From: Antedon mediterranea
Taxonomy: Eukaryota; Animalia; Echinodermata
Length of the DNA stretch: 64,000 nucleotides
NCBI RefSeq assembly: GCF_964355755.1
Contig: NC_092677.1
Coordinates: forward strand, 23,671,175-23,735,174
Direction of reading: 5' to 3'
Shown here: positions 1 through 11,404 of the stretch, in pieces
How the letters are laid out: every line of letters starts with the position of its first letter
Numbering within the stretch: the first letter of the stretch is position 1
Translations under genes and position numbers: made by a program
The notes under the pieces: model-generated
The model's database searches: none
What the model saw: the letters and a program-made list of their open reading frames with translations, nothing else
What the model was told of the DNA's origin: nothing

Positions 1-334
1 TGGTAGCGCAAAAGACTTTTAATCTGAGGTCAAGGGTTAAAGCCCGTTATTCGGCGTATTCCTTTTTGGCTTCCATTATCGTTCAAGTCAATTTTATACC
101 TTAGGCCAATAGAAGTAAAAAAAAAACGTCTAAGACTGAGAACAAGGTATTTATATGAAGCCCGGTTAGTTCAGTTGGTAGAGCATCAGACTTTTAATCT
201 GAGGTCAAGGGTTAAAGCCCGTTATTGGGCGTATTCCTTTTTTGCTTCCATTATCGTTCAAGTCAATTTTATTCTTTAGGCCAATAGAAATAAAAAAAAA
301 ACGTCTAAGAATGAGAACAAGATATTTATATGAA

Positions 335-407
335 GCCCGGTTAGCTCAGTTGGTAGAGCATCAGACTTTTAATCTGAGGGTCAAGGGTTCAAGTCCCTTA
401 TTGGGCG
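335..407 (+). tRNA. tRNA-Lys(UUU), array consensus copy
   Basis: GCCCGGTTAGCTCAGTTGGTAGAGCATCAGACTTTTAATCTGAGGGTCAAGGGTTCAAGTCCCTTATTGGGCG: 73 nt cloverleaf, anticodon loop CT-TTT-AA, A and B boxes, downstream T-run Pol III terminator. Confidence 0.95.
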
Positions 408-1040
408 TATTTGTTTTTTGCTTCCATTATTTTTCAAGTCAATTTTATACTTTAGGTTAATTGAAATTTAAAAAAAATGTCTAAGAATGAGAACAAGGTA
501 GTTATATGAAGCCCGGTTAGCGCAGTTGGTAGAGCATCAGACGTTTAAACTGAGGGTCAAGGGTTCAAGTCCCTTAATGGGCGTATTTGTTTTTTGCTTC
601 CATTATCTTTGAAGTCAATTTTATACTTTAGGCCAATAGAAATTTTTAAAAAAACGTCTAAGAATGAGAACCAGGTATTTATATGAAGCCCGGTTAGCTC
701 AGTTGGTAGAGCATCAGACTTTTAATCTGAGGGTTAAGGGTTCAAGTCCCTTAATGGGCATATTTGTTTTTTGCTTCCATTATCTTTCAAGTCAATTTTA
801 TACTTTAGGCCAATTGAAATTTTAAAAAAAACGTCTAAGAATGAGAACAAGGTAGTTATATGAAGCCCGGTTAGCTCAGTTGGTAGAGCATCAGACTTTT
901 AAGCTGAGGGTCAAGGTTTCAAGTCCCTTATTGGGCGTATTTGTTTTTTGCTTCCATTATCTTTCAAGTCAATTTTATACTTTAGGCCAATAAAATTATT
1001 AAGAAAAAGTCTAAGAATGAGAACAAGTTGTTTATATGAA

Positions 1041-1113
1041 GCCCGGTTAGCTCAGTTGGTAGAGCATCAGACTTTTAATCTGAGGGTCAAGGGTTCAAAT
1101 CCCTTATTGGGCA
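1041..1113 (+). tRNA. tRNA-Lys(UUU), fold intact, discriminator A
   Basis: Consensus except T-loop GTTCAAAT and final A. Confidence 0.8.
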
Positions 1114-1389
1114 TATTCGTTTTTGCTTCCATTATCTTTCAAGTTTTTTTTATACTTTAGGCCAATTGAAATAAAACAAACGTCTAAGAATAAGAACATG
1201 GCTTTTATATGAAGCCCGGTTAGCTCAGTTGGTAGAGCATCAGACTTTTAAACTGAGGGTCAAGGGTTCAAGTCCCTTAATGGGCGTATTTGTTTTTTGC
1301 TTCCATTATCTTTGAAGTCAATTTTATACTTTAGGCCAATTGAAATTTTAAAAAAACGTCTAAGAATGAGAACAAGGTATTTATATGAA

Positions 1390-1462
1390 GCCCGGTTAGC
1401 TCAGTTGGTAGAGCATCAGACTTTTAATCTGAGGGTCAAGGGTTCAAATCCCTTATTGGGCG
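1390..1462 (+). tRNA. tRNA-Lys(UUU)
   Basis: Consensus except T-loop GTTCAAAT; all stems intact. Confidence 0.9.
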
Positions 1463-1739
1463 TATATGTTTTTTGCTTCCATTATCTTTGAAGTCAATTT
1501 TATACTTTAGGCCAATAGAAATTTAAAAAAAACGTCTAAGAATGAGAACAAGGTATTTATAAGAAGCCCGGTTACCTCAGTTGGTAGAGCATCAGACTTT
1601 TAATCTGAGGGTAAAGGGTTCAAATCCTTTATTGGGCTTATTCGAGTTTTGCTTCCATTATCGTTCAAGTCAATTTTATACTTTAGGCCAATTGAAATAA
1701 AACAAACTTCTGAGAATGAGAACAAGGTATTTATATGAG

Positions 1740-1811
1740 GCTCGGTTAGCTCAGTTGGTAGCGCAAAAGACTTTTAATCTGAGGTCAAGGGTTAAAGCCC
1801 GTTATTCGGCG
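1740..1811 (+). pseudogene. Degenerate tRNA-Lys copy (recurring variant class)
   Basis: GCGCAAAAGA replaces GAGCATCAGA (breaks D and anticodon stems), 1-nt deletion in the variable region, B box GTTAAAG. Same variant at 1-56 and 3317-3388. Confidence 0.85.
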
Positions 1812-1914
1812 TATTCCTTTTTGGCTTCCATTATCGTTCAAGTCAATTTTATACCTTAGGCCAATAGAAGTTAAAAAAAAACGTCTAAGAATGAGAACAA
1901 GGTATTTATATGAA

Positions 1915-1987
1915 GCCCGGTTAGCTCAGTTGGTAGAGCATCAGACTTTTAATCTGAGGGTCAAGGGTTCAAATCCCTTATTGGGCG
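1915..1987 (+). tRNA. tRNA-Lys(UUU)
   Basis: Consensus except GTTCAAAT; stems intact. Confidence 0.9.
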
Positions 1988-2086
1988 TATTCGTTTTTGC
2001 TTCCATTATATTTCAAGTCTATTTTATACTTTAGGCCAATTGAAATAAAAAAACGTCTAAGAATGAGAACAAGATATTTATATGAA

Positions 2087-2159
2087 GCTCGGTTAGCTCA
2101 GTTGGTAGAGCATCAGACTTTTAATCTGAGGGTCAAGGGTTCAAGTCCCTTATTGGGCG
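2087..2159 (+). tRNA. tRNA-Lys(UUU), C3T variant
   Basis: Starts GCTCGG (gives a U-G wobble in the acceptor stem); otherwise consensus. Confidence 0.8.
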
Positions 2160-3316
2160 TATTTGTTTTTTGCTTCCATTATCTTTCAAGTCAATTTTAT
2201 ACTTTAGGCCAATTGAAATTTAAAAAAAATGTCTAAGAATGAGAACAAGGCAGTTCTATGAAGCCCGGTTAGCTCAGTTGGTAGAGCATCAGGCTTTTAA
2301 ACCGAGGGTCAAGGGTTCAAGTCCCTTATTGGGCGTATTTGTTTGTTGCTTCCATTATCTTTGAAGTTAATTTTATACTTTAGGCCAATAGAAATTTTTA
2401 AGAAAAAGTCAAAGAATGAGAACAAGTTGTTTATATGAAGCCCGGTTAGCTCAGTTGGTAGAGCATCAGACTTTTAATCTGAGGGTCAAGGGTTCAAGTC
2501 CCTTATTGGGTGTATTGGTTTTTTGCTTCCATTATCTTTCAAGTCAATTATACTTTAGGCCAATTGAAATTTAAAAAAAATGTCTAAGAATGAGAACAAG
2601 GTATTTATATGAAGCCCGGTTAGCACAGTTGGTAGAGCATCAGACTTTTAATCTGAGGGTCAAGGGTTCAAGTCCCTTATTCGGTGTATTGGTTTTTTGC
2701 TTCCATTATCTTTCAAGTCAATTTTACACTTTAGGCCAATTGAAATTTAAAAAAAATTTCGAAGAATAAGAACAAGGTAGTTATATGAAGCCCGGTTAGC
2801 TCAGTTCGTAGAACATCAGACTTTTAAACTGAGGGTCAAGGGTTCAAGTCCCTTAATGGGCGTATATGTTCTTTGCTTCCATTATCTTTGAAGTCAATTT
2901 TATACTTTAGGCCAATAGAAATTAAAAAAAAAACGTCTAAGAATGAGAACAAGGTATTTATATGAAGCCCGGTTAGCTCAGTTGGTAGAGCATCAGACTT
3001 TTAATCTGAGGGTCAAGGGTTCAAGTCCCTTATTGGGAGTATTTGTTTTTTGCTTCCATTATCTTTCAAGTCAATTTTATACTTTAGGCCAATTGAAATT
3101 TAAAAAAAACGTCTAAGAATGAGAACAAGGTGTTTATATGAAGCCCGGTTAGCTCAGTTGGTAGAGCATCAGACTTTTAATCTGAGGGTCAAGTGTTCAA
3201 ATCCCTTATTGGGCTTATTCGAGTTTTGCTTCCATTATCGTTCAAGTCAATTTTATACTTTAGGCCAATTGAAATAAAACAAACTTCTAAGAATGAGAAC
3301 AAGGTATTTATATGAA

Positions 3317-3388
3317 GCTCGGTTAGCTCAGTTGGTAGCGCAAAAGACTTCTAATCTGAGGTCAAGGGTTAAAGCCCGTTATTGGGCG
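3317..3388 (+). pseudogene. Degenerate tRNA-Lys copy with loop CT-TCT-AA
   Basis: Same broken-stem and B-box variant as 1740-1811, plus a TTT to TCT anticodon change. Confidence 0.85.
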
Positions 3389-3493
3389 TATTCCTTTTTC
3401 GCTTCCATTATCGTTCAAGTCAATTTTATACTTTAGGCCAATTGAAATTTAAAAAAAAAACGTCTAAGAATGAGAACATGGTAGTTATATGAA

Positions 3494-3566
3494 GCCCGGT
3501 TAGCTCAGTTGGTAGAGCATCAGACTTTTAATCTGAGGGTCAAGGGTTCAAGTCCCTTATTGGGCG
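3494..3566 (+). tRNA. tRNA-Lys(UUU), array consensus copy
   Basis: Identical to 335-407. Confidence 0.95.
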
Positions 3567-3667
3567 TATATGTTTTTTGCTTCCATTATCTTTGAAGTCA
3601 ATTTTATACTTCAGGCCAATTGAAATAAAACAAACGTCTAAGAATGAGAACAAGTTATTTACATGAA

Positions 3668-3740
3668 GCCCGGTTAGCTCAGTTGGTAGAGCATCAGACT
3701 CTTAATCTGAGGGTCAAGGGTTCAAGTCCCTTATTGGACG
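3668..3740 (+). tRNA. tRNA-Lys body with CUU anticodon (isoacceptor switch); acceptor-stem mismatch
   Basis: Loop reads CT-CTT-AA; 3' end TTGGACG gives a C2-A71 mismatch. Confidence 0.6.
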
Positions 3741-3842
3741 TATTTGTTTTTTGCTTCCATTATCTTTCAAGTCAATGTTATACTTTAGGCCAATTGAAAT
3801 AAAAAACAACTTCTAAGAATGAGAACAAGGAATTTTTATGAA

Positions 3843-3915
3843 GCCCGGTTAGCTCAGTTGGTAGAGCATCAGACTTTTAATCTGAGGGTCAAGGGTTCAA
3901 GTCCCTTATTGGGCT
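3843..3915 (+). tRNA. tRNA-Lys(UUU), last copy of the array, discriminator T
   Basis: Consensus except final GGGCT. Confidence 0.75.
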
Positions 3916-5709
3916 TATTCGAGTTTTGCTTCCATTATCGTTCAAGTCAATTTTATACTTTAGGCCAATTGAAATAAAACAAACTTCTATGAATGAGAAC
4001 AAGGTACAAGTCAATTGTATACTTTCTTTAATTCATCGTTATTATTTTAATTGGCATTGGCCACGCGTAGTAAAAATAATGATAACAAACTTATTTTGCA
4101 ATTAGTAGCATTTTATTCTTTGTGGTAATAATTACGATACAAAACTATAATAACAATTAAAAAAGAAGAAATAACCCTCTGTCTAATTGGTGTCTTTGAT
4201 TATTAGTATTCCAATGTTGACTATGTTGACTATCGGAAACTAATCAACATAGACAAATGAAGAGAAACATGATTTTAAAGCTTATTTCTGTGAGTGTGAC
4301 CAATATCAGGAATTGTAGGAATAATTATGAAAAATAATGATTCTGATTATGATTTACATTTTATCGGATCATAACTGGCGGTAAAAAACACATACACCGA
4401 TATCTAATATCTAAACATACTTACGACAACAGTCAAGGCTAAATACTTCAATTCATTTCCATAGTTTGTAATTGTAATTAAAGTTTTGCATGATTTTAAT
4501 CATAGTCCTGTTTGAGGTAACACATTGAAGGCATAATCGTTTTAATAGAAAATAGAACGTTTGATTTTTTACAGCTAAAAGTGTTTTACGACTTTTCAAA
4601 TATTACTAACAAATATGAATATTTGAAGAAAACAGCACAAATATATATACGGTAAATCGTTTTTTCTTTTTGCGTAGCGCCACTAACGGGTGTTCCGTCT
4701 CTTATCTGTTTAGGTCTGATACCGTTACGTCATTTATGCACTGCATGATGGTTAATTTAAAAACACATTAAGAATTCGGTCTGTCCATACGTCTAATAAA
4801 AAGCACGATCATGCCAGACTCATGCAAGCGATAAACAGTCGGACTTTCTAGTCCCTACATAAACATTCAGGAAAGTAGACAATTTTGGCTCTGTAGATAT
4901 TTGTGCTGTGTTCTGAATGTTTCCGCGAATACGTTGTATGTAGTTGTAATTGCATTTTTGGCGGCGATTGCCTTCCATAGTCATGTGTTACATGGTAGAG
5001 CTATTTATACCTCAGTGGTTACATGAGTAATTAATTAAGAGAATGAAGTACAATGCGACATAATAAATACTGAGAAAGATTCGTTTAGTACCCCGGGTTC
5101 ATTGCTGATACGGGGACCAGTGTACCTTATTCTATTGGAGCAAACCAGATTTGTCAAGTAGGCCTATGAATTAATTGAGATGATTGTCATATTTAGTTAG
5201 ACGATTATTGACCGACATCATAGTCTTGTTATGAACCTAACTCTCTATACTAATACCCATAGTTACCGTATCTTTTCATACATACTGCGGCCAAAATGCG
5301 TATTTTACATGATTTGTGATCATATGTGGCAGCTCAATTAACCAATACAGAAAACATTTTCGGTAAATTGTAAACAATGGTGTAGGCCTATGCCTAAGGT
5401 GAAAAAGAAGCTGGCGTTGGAATATAAATGCAACAGAACAATAATTGTGTACAAATACACTGTATCAATATTGCTAACGTCCAAAGTAGCCTAAACCAAT
5501 CATCCTTAACCTTTTCTATGGAATGTGTTCCGTTATAAAATACTGAGATTACTACCGGAATGGTCATAAAAAATAGGAAAATACATCTAGTGAAAAACAA
5601 TTGATATTACATCTACATTATGAAAACTCTTAAAAAAGTAACTCCATCAATTTACTCTGTAAAGACTTTGGTTTGTTTTGCCCTTTCCTGAGTAGCTTTT
5701 CTGAGGTTT

Positions 5710-6021
5710 TTACTGAGGTATACTAACCACCGTCGACGATTCTTGTTTTTCTTCAGAGGTAGATTTTGCTTGCGGAATAAGCTTAGTACTTTGAGCTTGG
5801 ACATCGTCTTGTGCTTCAGACGGTTCTCCTATATCGTGACTTGTACTCGCTTCATCAAATAAAGGCCGACGACGGCGAGTTTCTGAGTTGCTATTGTCGT
5901 CGCCAGAATCGGACGAAACGCTAGATTCGGCTTGTAACCAAATGTGACTTTGGCCTCCAATCATATGGCGGAATTGTTGTATTACACGATTCCCGACGGA
6001 GTTGTACTTTTCAGTTATTGC
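5710..6021 (-). CDS. SAM-SAM-aspartic protease gene, exon 5 (last): protease C-terminal part plus acidic Ser-rich tail
   Basis: Acceptor ttttcag|GCA, phase 0. AITEKYNSVGNRVIQQF.. (SVG occupies the position of the retropepsin ILG motif), then SSVSSDSGDD..RRRRP..; stop TAA at 5712-5710. Confidence 0.8.
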   Translation of the reverse strand, partial: AITEKYNSVGNRVIQQFRHMIGGQSHIWLQAESSVSSDSGDDNSNSETRRRRPLFDEASTSHDIGEPSEAQDDVQAQSTKLIPQAKSTSEEKQESSTVVSIPQ

Positions 6022-6647
6022 CTGAAAATAAAAAAACAGTTGCATAACCATTTTATTTAATAACTCTTAAAATGGCATTTTACAACAAGGAAATAATTGA
6101 CATTTATTTAATTAATTCACAGTTTTTGTTTGTGTTTATAAATATCGAGTTTTAAACAGGCCTATGACGTATCTTTGCCATTTCATTGTTTAAATATTTG
6201 GTGTTGTTGTGTCACATTGTGTCAAACAACTTGGGAGATGTTATACAAAACAAATAATAAATGTTTTATATGTAAGCATATTCGTGCTATGGTACAATTA
6301 ATTTCATTCGGTGAAATAAACCCCTTTCACCTCATGGAATTATTTGTACCATTGCACTCATAGAAATCCTTATTTGTATAATATTGCATGCGCAAGTATT
6401 ATACGTATGAAACGCCATATGTGCCAACATATTTATCTTTTTTACTAATAATACTAATTCGAAACCCAGTCTGGAACCTAGACTAGCACAATGTAAATGA
6501 GTTGACCAGTCATCAGGCTGCAGCAGTTGGGATGATCCATCGCGTCGTAATTGGTCAAATTACTCGCGGTGCGCTTCTATATTGTGTTTTTGTTTTGTGG
6601 GAAAATGTTGCATGTATAGGTTCTGGTAGGCCTAAACAAATTCTTAC

Positions 6648-6820
6648 CTCGACTTCAATTTCTGTGTCCTGACCAAACACAAGAAATGCCTTGTATAAAT
6701 CTTTATCTACAGTGGTATGGACACCTCGACTTTTGATGGGTGCTATATAGTCTAAGTGTAAGCGTGCAAACAACTCTGGTTTCAAGGTAACCACATCGCT
6801 GCCACTGTCTACCATAAACT
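6648..6820 (-). CDS. SAM-SAM-aspartic protease gene, exon 4: catalytic DSGS motif
   Basis: Acceptor ttttag|AG, donor GAG|gtaag, phase 1 to 0. (E)FMVDSGSDVVTLKPELFARLHLDY..SRGV..LYKAFLVFG..IEVE fits the clan AA hydrophobic-D-[ST]-G-[AS] motif. Confidence 0.85.
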
Positions 6821-6844
6821 CTAAAATAAGAGAACATATTATTT

Positions 6845-6950
6845 TTAAGATGTATTTTCTCCCAAAACATAAAAAATGAAGATTAATAAAATCATATTTT
6901 GAATAGTCCATTTTGTAGTTTTAATAAAGTTAATCACTTCCAAAGGAAAA
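6845..6950 (+). mobile_element. Truncated copy of the AGATGTATTGTCC MITE family in intron 3 of the protease gene
   Basis: Matches the 5' part of 49365-49709 (AAAATGAAGATTAAT..TTTGTAGTTTTAATAAAGTTAATCACTTCCA). Confidence 0.75.
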
Positions 6951-6990
6951 AAAAACGAAAAAAAAAAAAACAAACAAAAAAACAAATTAC

Positions 6991-7152
6991 CTAAGTCTTC
7001 AAATTTCGGATCCCCTGGGTGTCGTGATTTTAAAGTTGCTCGAACACACAGGAAGTCATGAGGGGAGTCCTTTAGTTCATTCGGTCTTCCCCAGTATCCA
7101 ATTGTAATTACTTTTTCATAGTCCGTTTTATGTTTTTTTCGCAAATTACTAA
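6991..7152 (-). CDS. SAM-SAM-aspartic protease gene, exon 3
   Basis: Acceptor tctcttttag|TT, donor TAG|gtaat, 162 nt, phase 1-1. (V)SNLRKKHKTDYEKVITIGYWGRPNELKDSPHDFLCVRATLKSRHPGDPKFEDL. Confidence 0.8.
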
Positions 7153-10100
7153 CTAAAAGAGAAAACAAAACAAAACGTTCCATGAAAAATTTAGTAATAT
7201 TATCCCCAATACCCGTGCTGAAGCGACAGGTAGATCTCTCAGAAACGCAAACAAAATATCCCAAATTAAATGTAGAACAGAAAGATTTAAGAAATCCACA
7301 CTCCCATTCCTGATTAACAATGACCTTATAGTGCAATAATATATATATATGAAATTCTTAATTTTGATAGGCCTACGGATAATTAATAATTTTACTCGCA
7401 GTTTTTAAATTTGTAATTGTATATTCTTTATTTTTTTTTTTTATGAATTTATGTGTATATATATATTTTTATATTAGATGGTTGTGTAATTTTGCTCGTT
7501 TTTGATATATATCTTTGTAAGTTTGTAATTGTATATTCTTTATTTTTTTTTAATGCATTTTGTATATATATATATATATTTTTATATTGAATGTTTATGT
7601 TACTGGACGCAATTCAGTTTTGTACTGCCATGTCTTTGTTTTTAATAAACCAGAATAAATAAATAAATAAATAAACGTTTATCTTAAATCTAGTAAACAG
7701 CAACATCTTTCTAATTAATGAATTATTGAATTATTAATTCATTATTTTATAATTTTATTTTGCCAAGGAAAGATTTTAAAAGGAACAAACAATAATGATG
7801 TTCCCCAACGGTTGTATTTTATTCTTTATAACTCATTAAACAATTCAACAAGTTGTAGATATTATATCAAAAAGAAGCCCATCTCGAAAAGAAGCCCACT
7901 TTGAAAAGTAGCCCACCCAAGAGCACTAAAAAAAAAGGGCTTCTTTCAAACTAGGAACAAGGCCATATACATGACTGTCCCAGTCGCGTGTTTGAATTAA
8001 GCTTGGTTGTCACTAGCGACGCAACGTAACGCAATCTACGCAACGAACGTAAGAAAATGCCCTTCCAAACATTTTTTTTTCTTGTGTGGGTTCGTCCCAC
8101 TTTTATTATAGTTCTCTGTTATAAATATAATAATATATATATATGCACATTTATATATTTCTCTTATTTATAAGGTACATTGCTAAAAAATACATATCTT
8201 TTAAACAGTATATACATAGGCTAAGATTATCTGTGTAAAATCTAGTTTGTAATACAGTACCAGAAAATTCATATTTAATAAATATCGATTAAGCCTTTAT
8301 TTCCAGTGTCAAAGACTGAGTAGGTCTATTATTTAAACAAAATGAACGAATTTATTTTATCAGGTTTAAATAATATCATCGAGACAAGCTTTATATATAT
8401 TGTTGTCAATACAAGAAGATATGTTTATGCTGTTTACCTAATATGGTGACGACGTCACGCTGGTAACTCAAGCCACAACTTGGCAAATCATGTACACTAT
8501 ATCATATTTATTCTATTCATGAAAAATCGAAGAGCGCCATGAAGACTGAAATTATACAGCAGACTACGGTAAATGATGTAACGCCCGATGTAACGACAGC
8601 CTACTTAGAAAATGAGCAAAGCTAGGTTGTAAACAATGAATGACTCATAATATTACTTTAATGCATTGCTACATGAGTCACATTTTGCTGTGAATATTAG
8701 CAATAAATTTTGAAACTGTCACAATATCGCACAGCTGATCGTCACTCCAGTGACAATTGTAAGTTCGTTATGAGTTCAGATTCATAATGCCGCGTTTTAT
8801 AACAAAATTAACGACGGTAATCTAGTAGCGCCCGCATCGGTTAGATGAATCCAAAACTTTTTCGAGCGTTGCTCACATTGGCACAGTTAGAACAACATGA
8901 CACGTTAACAGTTAGAACAAGAGCTAATCCAGGGCTAGCTGATCACCAAGAATAATTCTGGGGCGGAAAATAATCGTAGGACCGAAAGAAATAAATGAAT
9001 GACCAAACTTTTTTCTCAATATATGCTCCATCTCATCGCCTTTGTCCCTCTCTTGAAACTTCGAACATTTACCCATTTTGAATTCTTTTATAATTTATTA
9101 AAAAATCTACTTAAAATCCAGGAGACGATGCGCCTTTGATCATTTTTTTAAATTGGCGCAATAATATATAAAAGGTTTGATTATTATGATCTTTTCACGT
9201 CGGTTACATACCAATCTGTAAACGACATTAATGGCTATTGAGTAAGATTCCCATACATACACAAGACTTACTTATTTAAATTAATACTTTGAATAAATTG
9301 AATTTATTTTAAACCTGATGATTATTTAACTAAGTGATATCCCTTTTCCGTGTTTTATTGTTTTGTATCGTGGTCCAATTTCACAAACGCGGTCGATCAC
9401 ATTTCATATAATTACTTATGAGTCAGAAAGAAACGCAATTTAGTTTACAGGTGGTAACCAGGAGATATATTACGCATGCGTAGAGTATGAACACAGAGCA
9501 CGCATACAATAACCAGACGAAAATGAACTACATTGTGCGGTATACGCGCCAAGTATTGTATTATCAGTATAGCTAATTCTCATATATCTCGTTAATATTG
9601 GGTTGTGAAAAAAGATTTGACCTCGAAAAAATTAAAATATTCGTAAGGAGAAAACAAAATGAAATGGAATTGCACTTTTGTTTATTAAACAGCGTGCATA
9701 GTTGGTTGACCTACCTGCTTCGTATTAGTATATTCAGAAATAAACTACTTATGATGGATAATACTTAAAGATCTACTGTTGAAAATAAATAAAATCAGAC
9801 TTTGAATAGGCCTATGCCTTATTGTATTATATTCACTTCTGTTAAAAAATAAATAATGATTTCAGGATTAATAATAGTCAGTAATTGTTTGTAACCACTG
9901 TACTGTGGAGTAGCTTTGCATCAGGGTGTTGAGTAATTGGTCAGGCACCCGGAAATGACATGCGTATTCTCAATTTACAATTACGTCAGAGTAGGGCAAA
10001 ACATCTGACCAATAATGGTTTCAATTTAAAAAAACAAAATTAAACGAGTAGGCTAAATGAAACAAAAAATGTTTCATCTTATCTTATTTGAAATGCTTAG

Positions 10101-10703
10101 TTATTTTTTAATTGATGTACAAAATATTACATTACGTTTTGGCGCGGCCATACAAACAGCTCAGGTGGTACATTCTAGTCATTGGAAGTTTCTATCAGCA
10201 GGCCTTAGAATGACTTATACTTATACTATACTTGGTTTATACGTATTATTTATCCTCAAACCCCACTTGGACATGCGCAACTGGATTAAATCGTGTGTTG
10301 AATGAGTTTGAAAGGACAAGGACATTATAAACAATTAATAAGATAGTTTATTTTGAGAAATTTGAAATTATAAACTATAAATTATTAATGAGTAATTGGA
10401 ATATTGTAATAAAGGCTGTCCAGATAGCGCACTGTAGATAGTTTAGGCCGCACAGTGTCAGTTTAGGCCGCACAGTGTCCAGTAAAAGCATCGATGGCTA
10501 TAAATCGTGCCCACTTAGGCATGACCAGAGACCCCCGGTCACAGAATGTCCAAGAAGTAGGGCAGAGTGGTGTTGGCGCACATTGGCAATATCAGGCCTG
10601 AACTCTTTCCCTGTACATTGTGGGTGCATGCATGGAAAACGAATTTGAAGGAGAGGGATTTAGGGGTTGGGGCTCACCGGACTACTCTCTTTTAAGAGAT
10701 AAA

Positions 10704-11305
10704 AGCCTGGTTCCCACTAGGCTGCAATGCAAAGATGAAGTAGATGTAACGGAGAACACTGGGATACAATGCAAGAATGACGCAAAGTGCCGTAAGAACA
10801 AACCGTACAGTACGATAACGTTGCGTGTCAGACGTGAGAACCGACGACGTAACGTTGGTTTACACTGTGATGCAACGCAAGAATGCCGCAAAGTGCCGTA
10901 AGAACAAATCGTACAATAACCTTGCGTGTCAGACGTGAGAACCGACGACGTAACGTTAGTTTACACTGGGATGTAACGCAAGAATGACGCAAAGTGCTGT
11001 AGGCCTAAGAACAAACCGTACAGTAACCTTGGGTGTCACACGTGAGAACCGACAACGTAGAGGTTGGTTCCAAGGATGAAACGTAACAACGATGAATCGC
11101 TAAAGTGTGGTTCCCACTTGAACGCAACGCAATGTAACGCAGCGACGTATCGACGCAAAGTGTATTGCGTAATCACAAGTGGGAACCGACGACGCAATAG
11201 TACTGCAAACATCGTAGGTTTGATTTCAAGCAGGCGGGGCAAAAACAATGATTGGAAGGCATTTTCTTACGTTGCGTAGATTGCGTCGCTAGTGGGAACC
11301 AAGCT
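10704..11305. mobile_element. MITE (PIF/Harbinger-like) with AGCYTGGTTCCCACTAG TIRs and three internal ~92-bp tandem units
   Basis: AGCCTGGTTCCCACTAG ... CTAGTGGGAACCAAGCT|TTA; internal unit GCAAGAATGACGCAAAGTGCCGTAAGAACAAACCGTACA..CGTGAGAACCGACGACGTAACGTT. Relatives at ~8000-8070 and 20356-20489. Confidence 0.75.
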
Positions 11306-11404
11306 TTACCTTTGGTGGTCAATTCACTTGCTTAGCGCGCCTCGTACTTTTGCGTCCCGTCAGTGGGAAGCAAGCTATAGGGCCTAACAAACACACATTC
11401 TTAC

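Larger units (their letters stand above)
1..4025 (+). repeat. Tandem array of ~172-177-bp units, each with one tRNA-Lys(UUU) gene or pseudogene (23 copies; array continues left of the window)
   Basis: tRNA starts at (<1), 160, 335, 511, 688, 865, 1041, 1214, 1390, 1566, 1740, 1915, 2087, 2263, 2440, 2614, 2790, 2967, 3143, 3317, 3494, 3668, 3843. Spacer is conserved (T-run, then CTTCCATTATC..CAAGTCAATTTTATACTTTAGGCCAAT..GAATGAGAACAAGG). Confidence 0.97.

Noticed and set aside
242-2236. Four similar 64-79 aa ORFs (..ARLAQLVEHQTFNLRVKGS..)
   Set aside because: They are translations through tRNA-Lys units with TTG starts; not proteins.
1-4025. CRISPR-like regular repeat
   Set aside because: Spacers are near-identical rather than unique, the repeat is a tRNA gene, there are no cas genes, and the context is eukaryotic.
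5394-5600. 68-aa hydrophobic minus-strand ORF downstream of the protease stop
   Set aside because: TTG start, AT-rich composition, probable 3' UTR; no supporting motif.
6555-7336. DSG protease as part of an LTR retrotransposon pol
   Set aside because: No gag, RT, RNase H, integrase or LTRs nearby, and the domain is split by canonical spliceosomal introns.
10620-11279. Overlapping ORFs on both strands
   Set aside because: They lie within a GC-richer MITE with internal tandem repeats; no domain signal.
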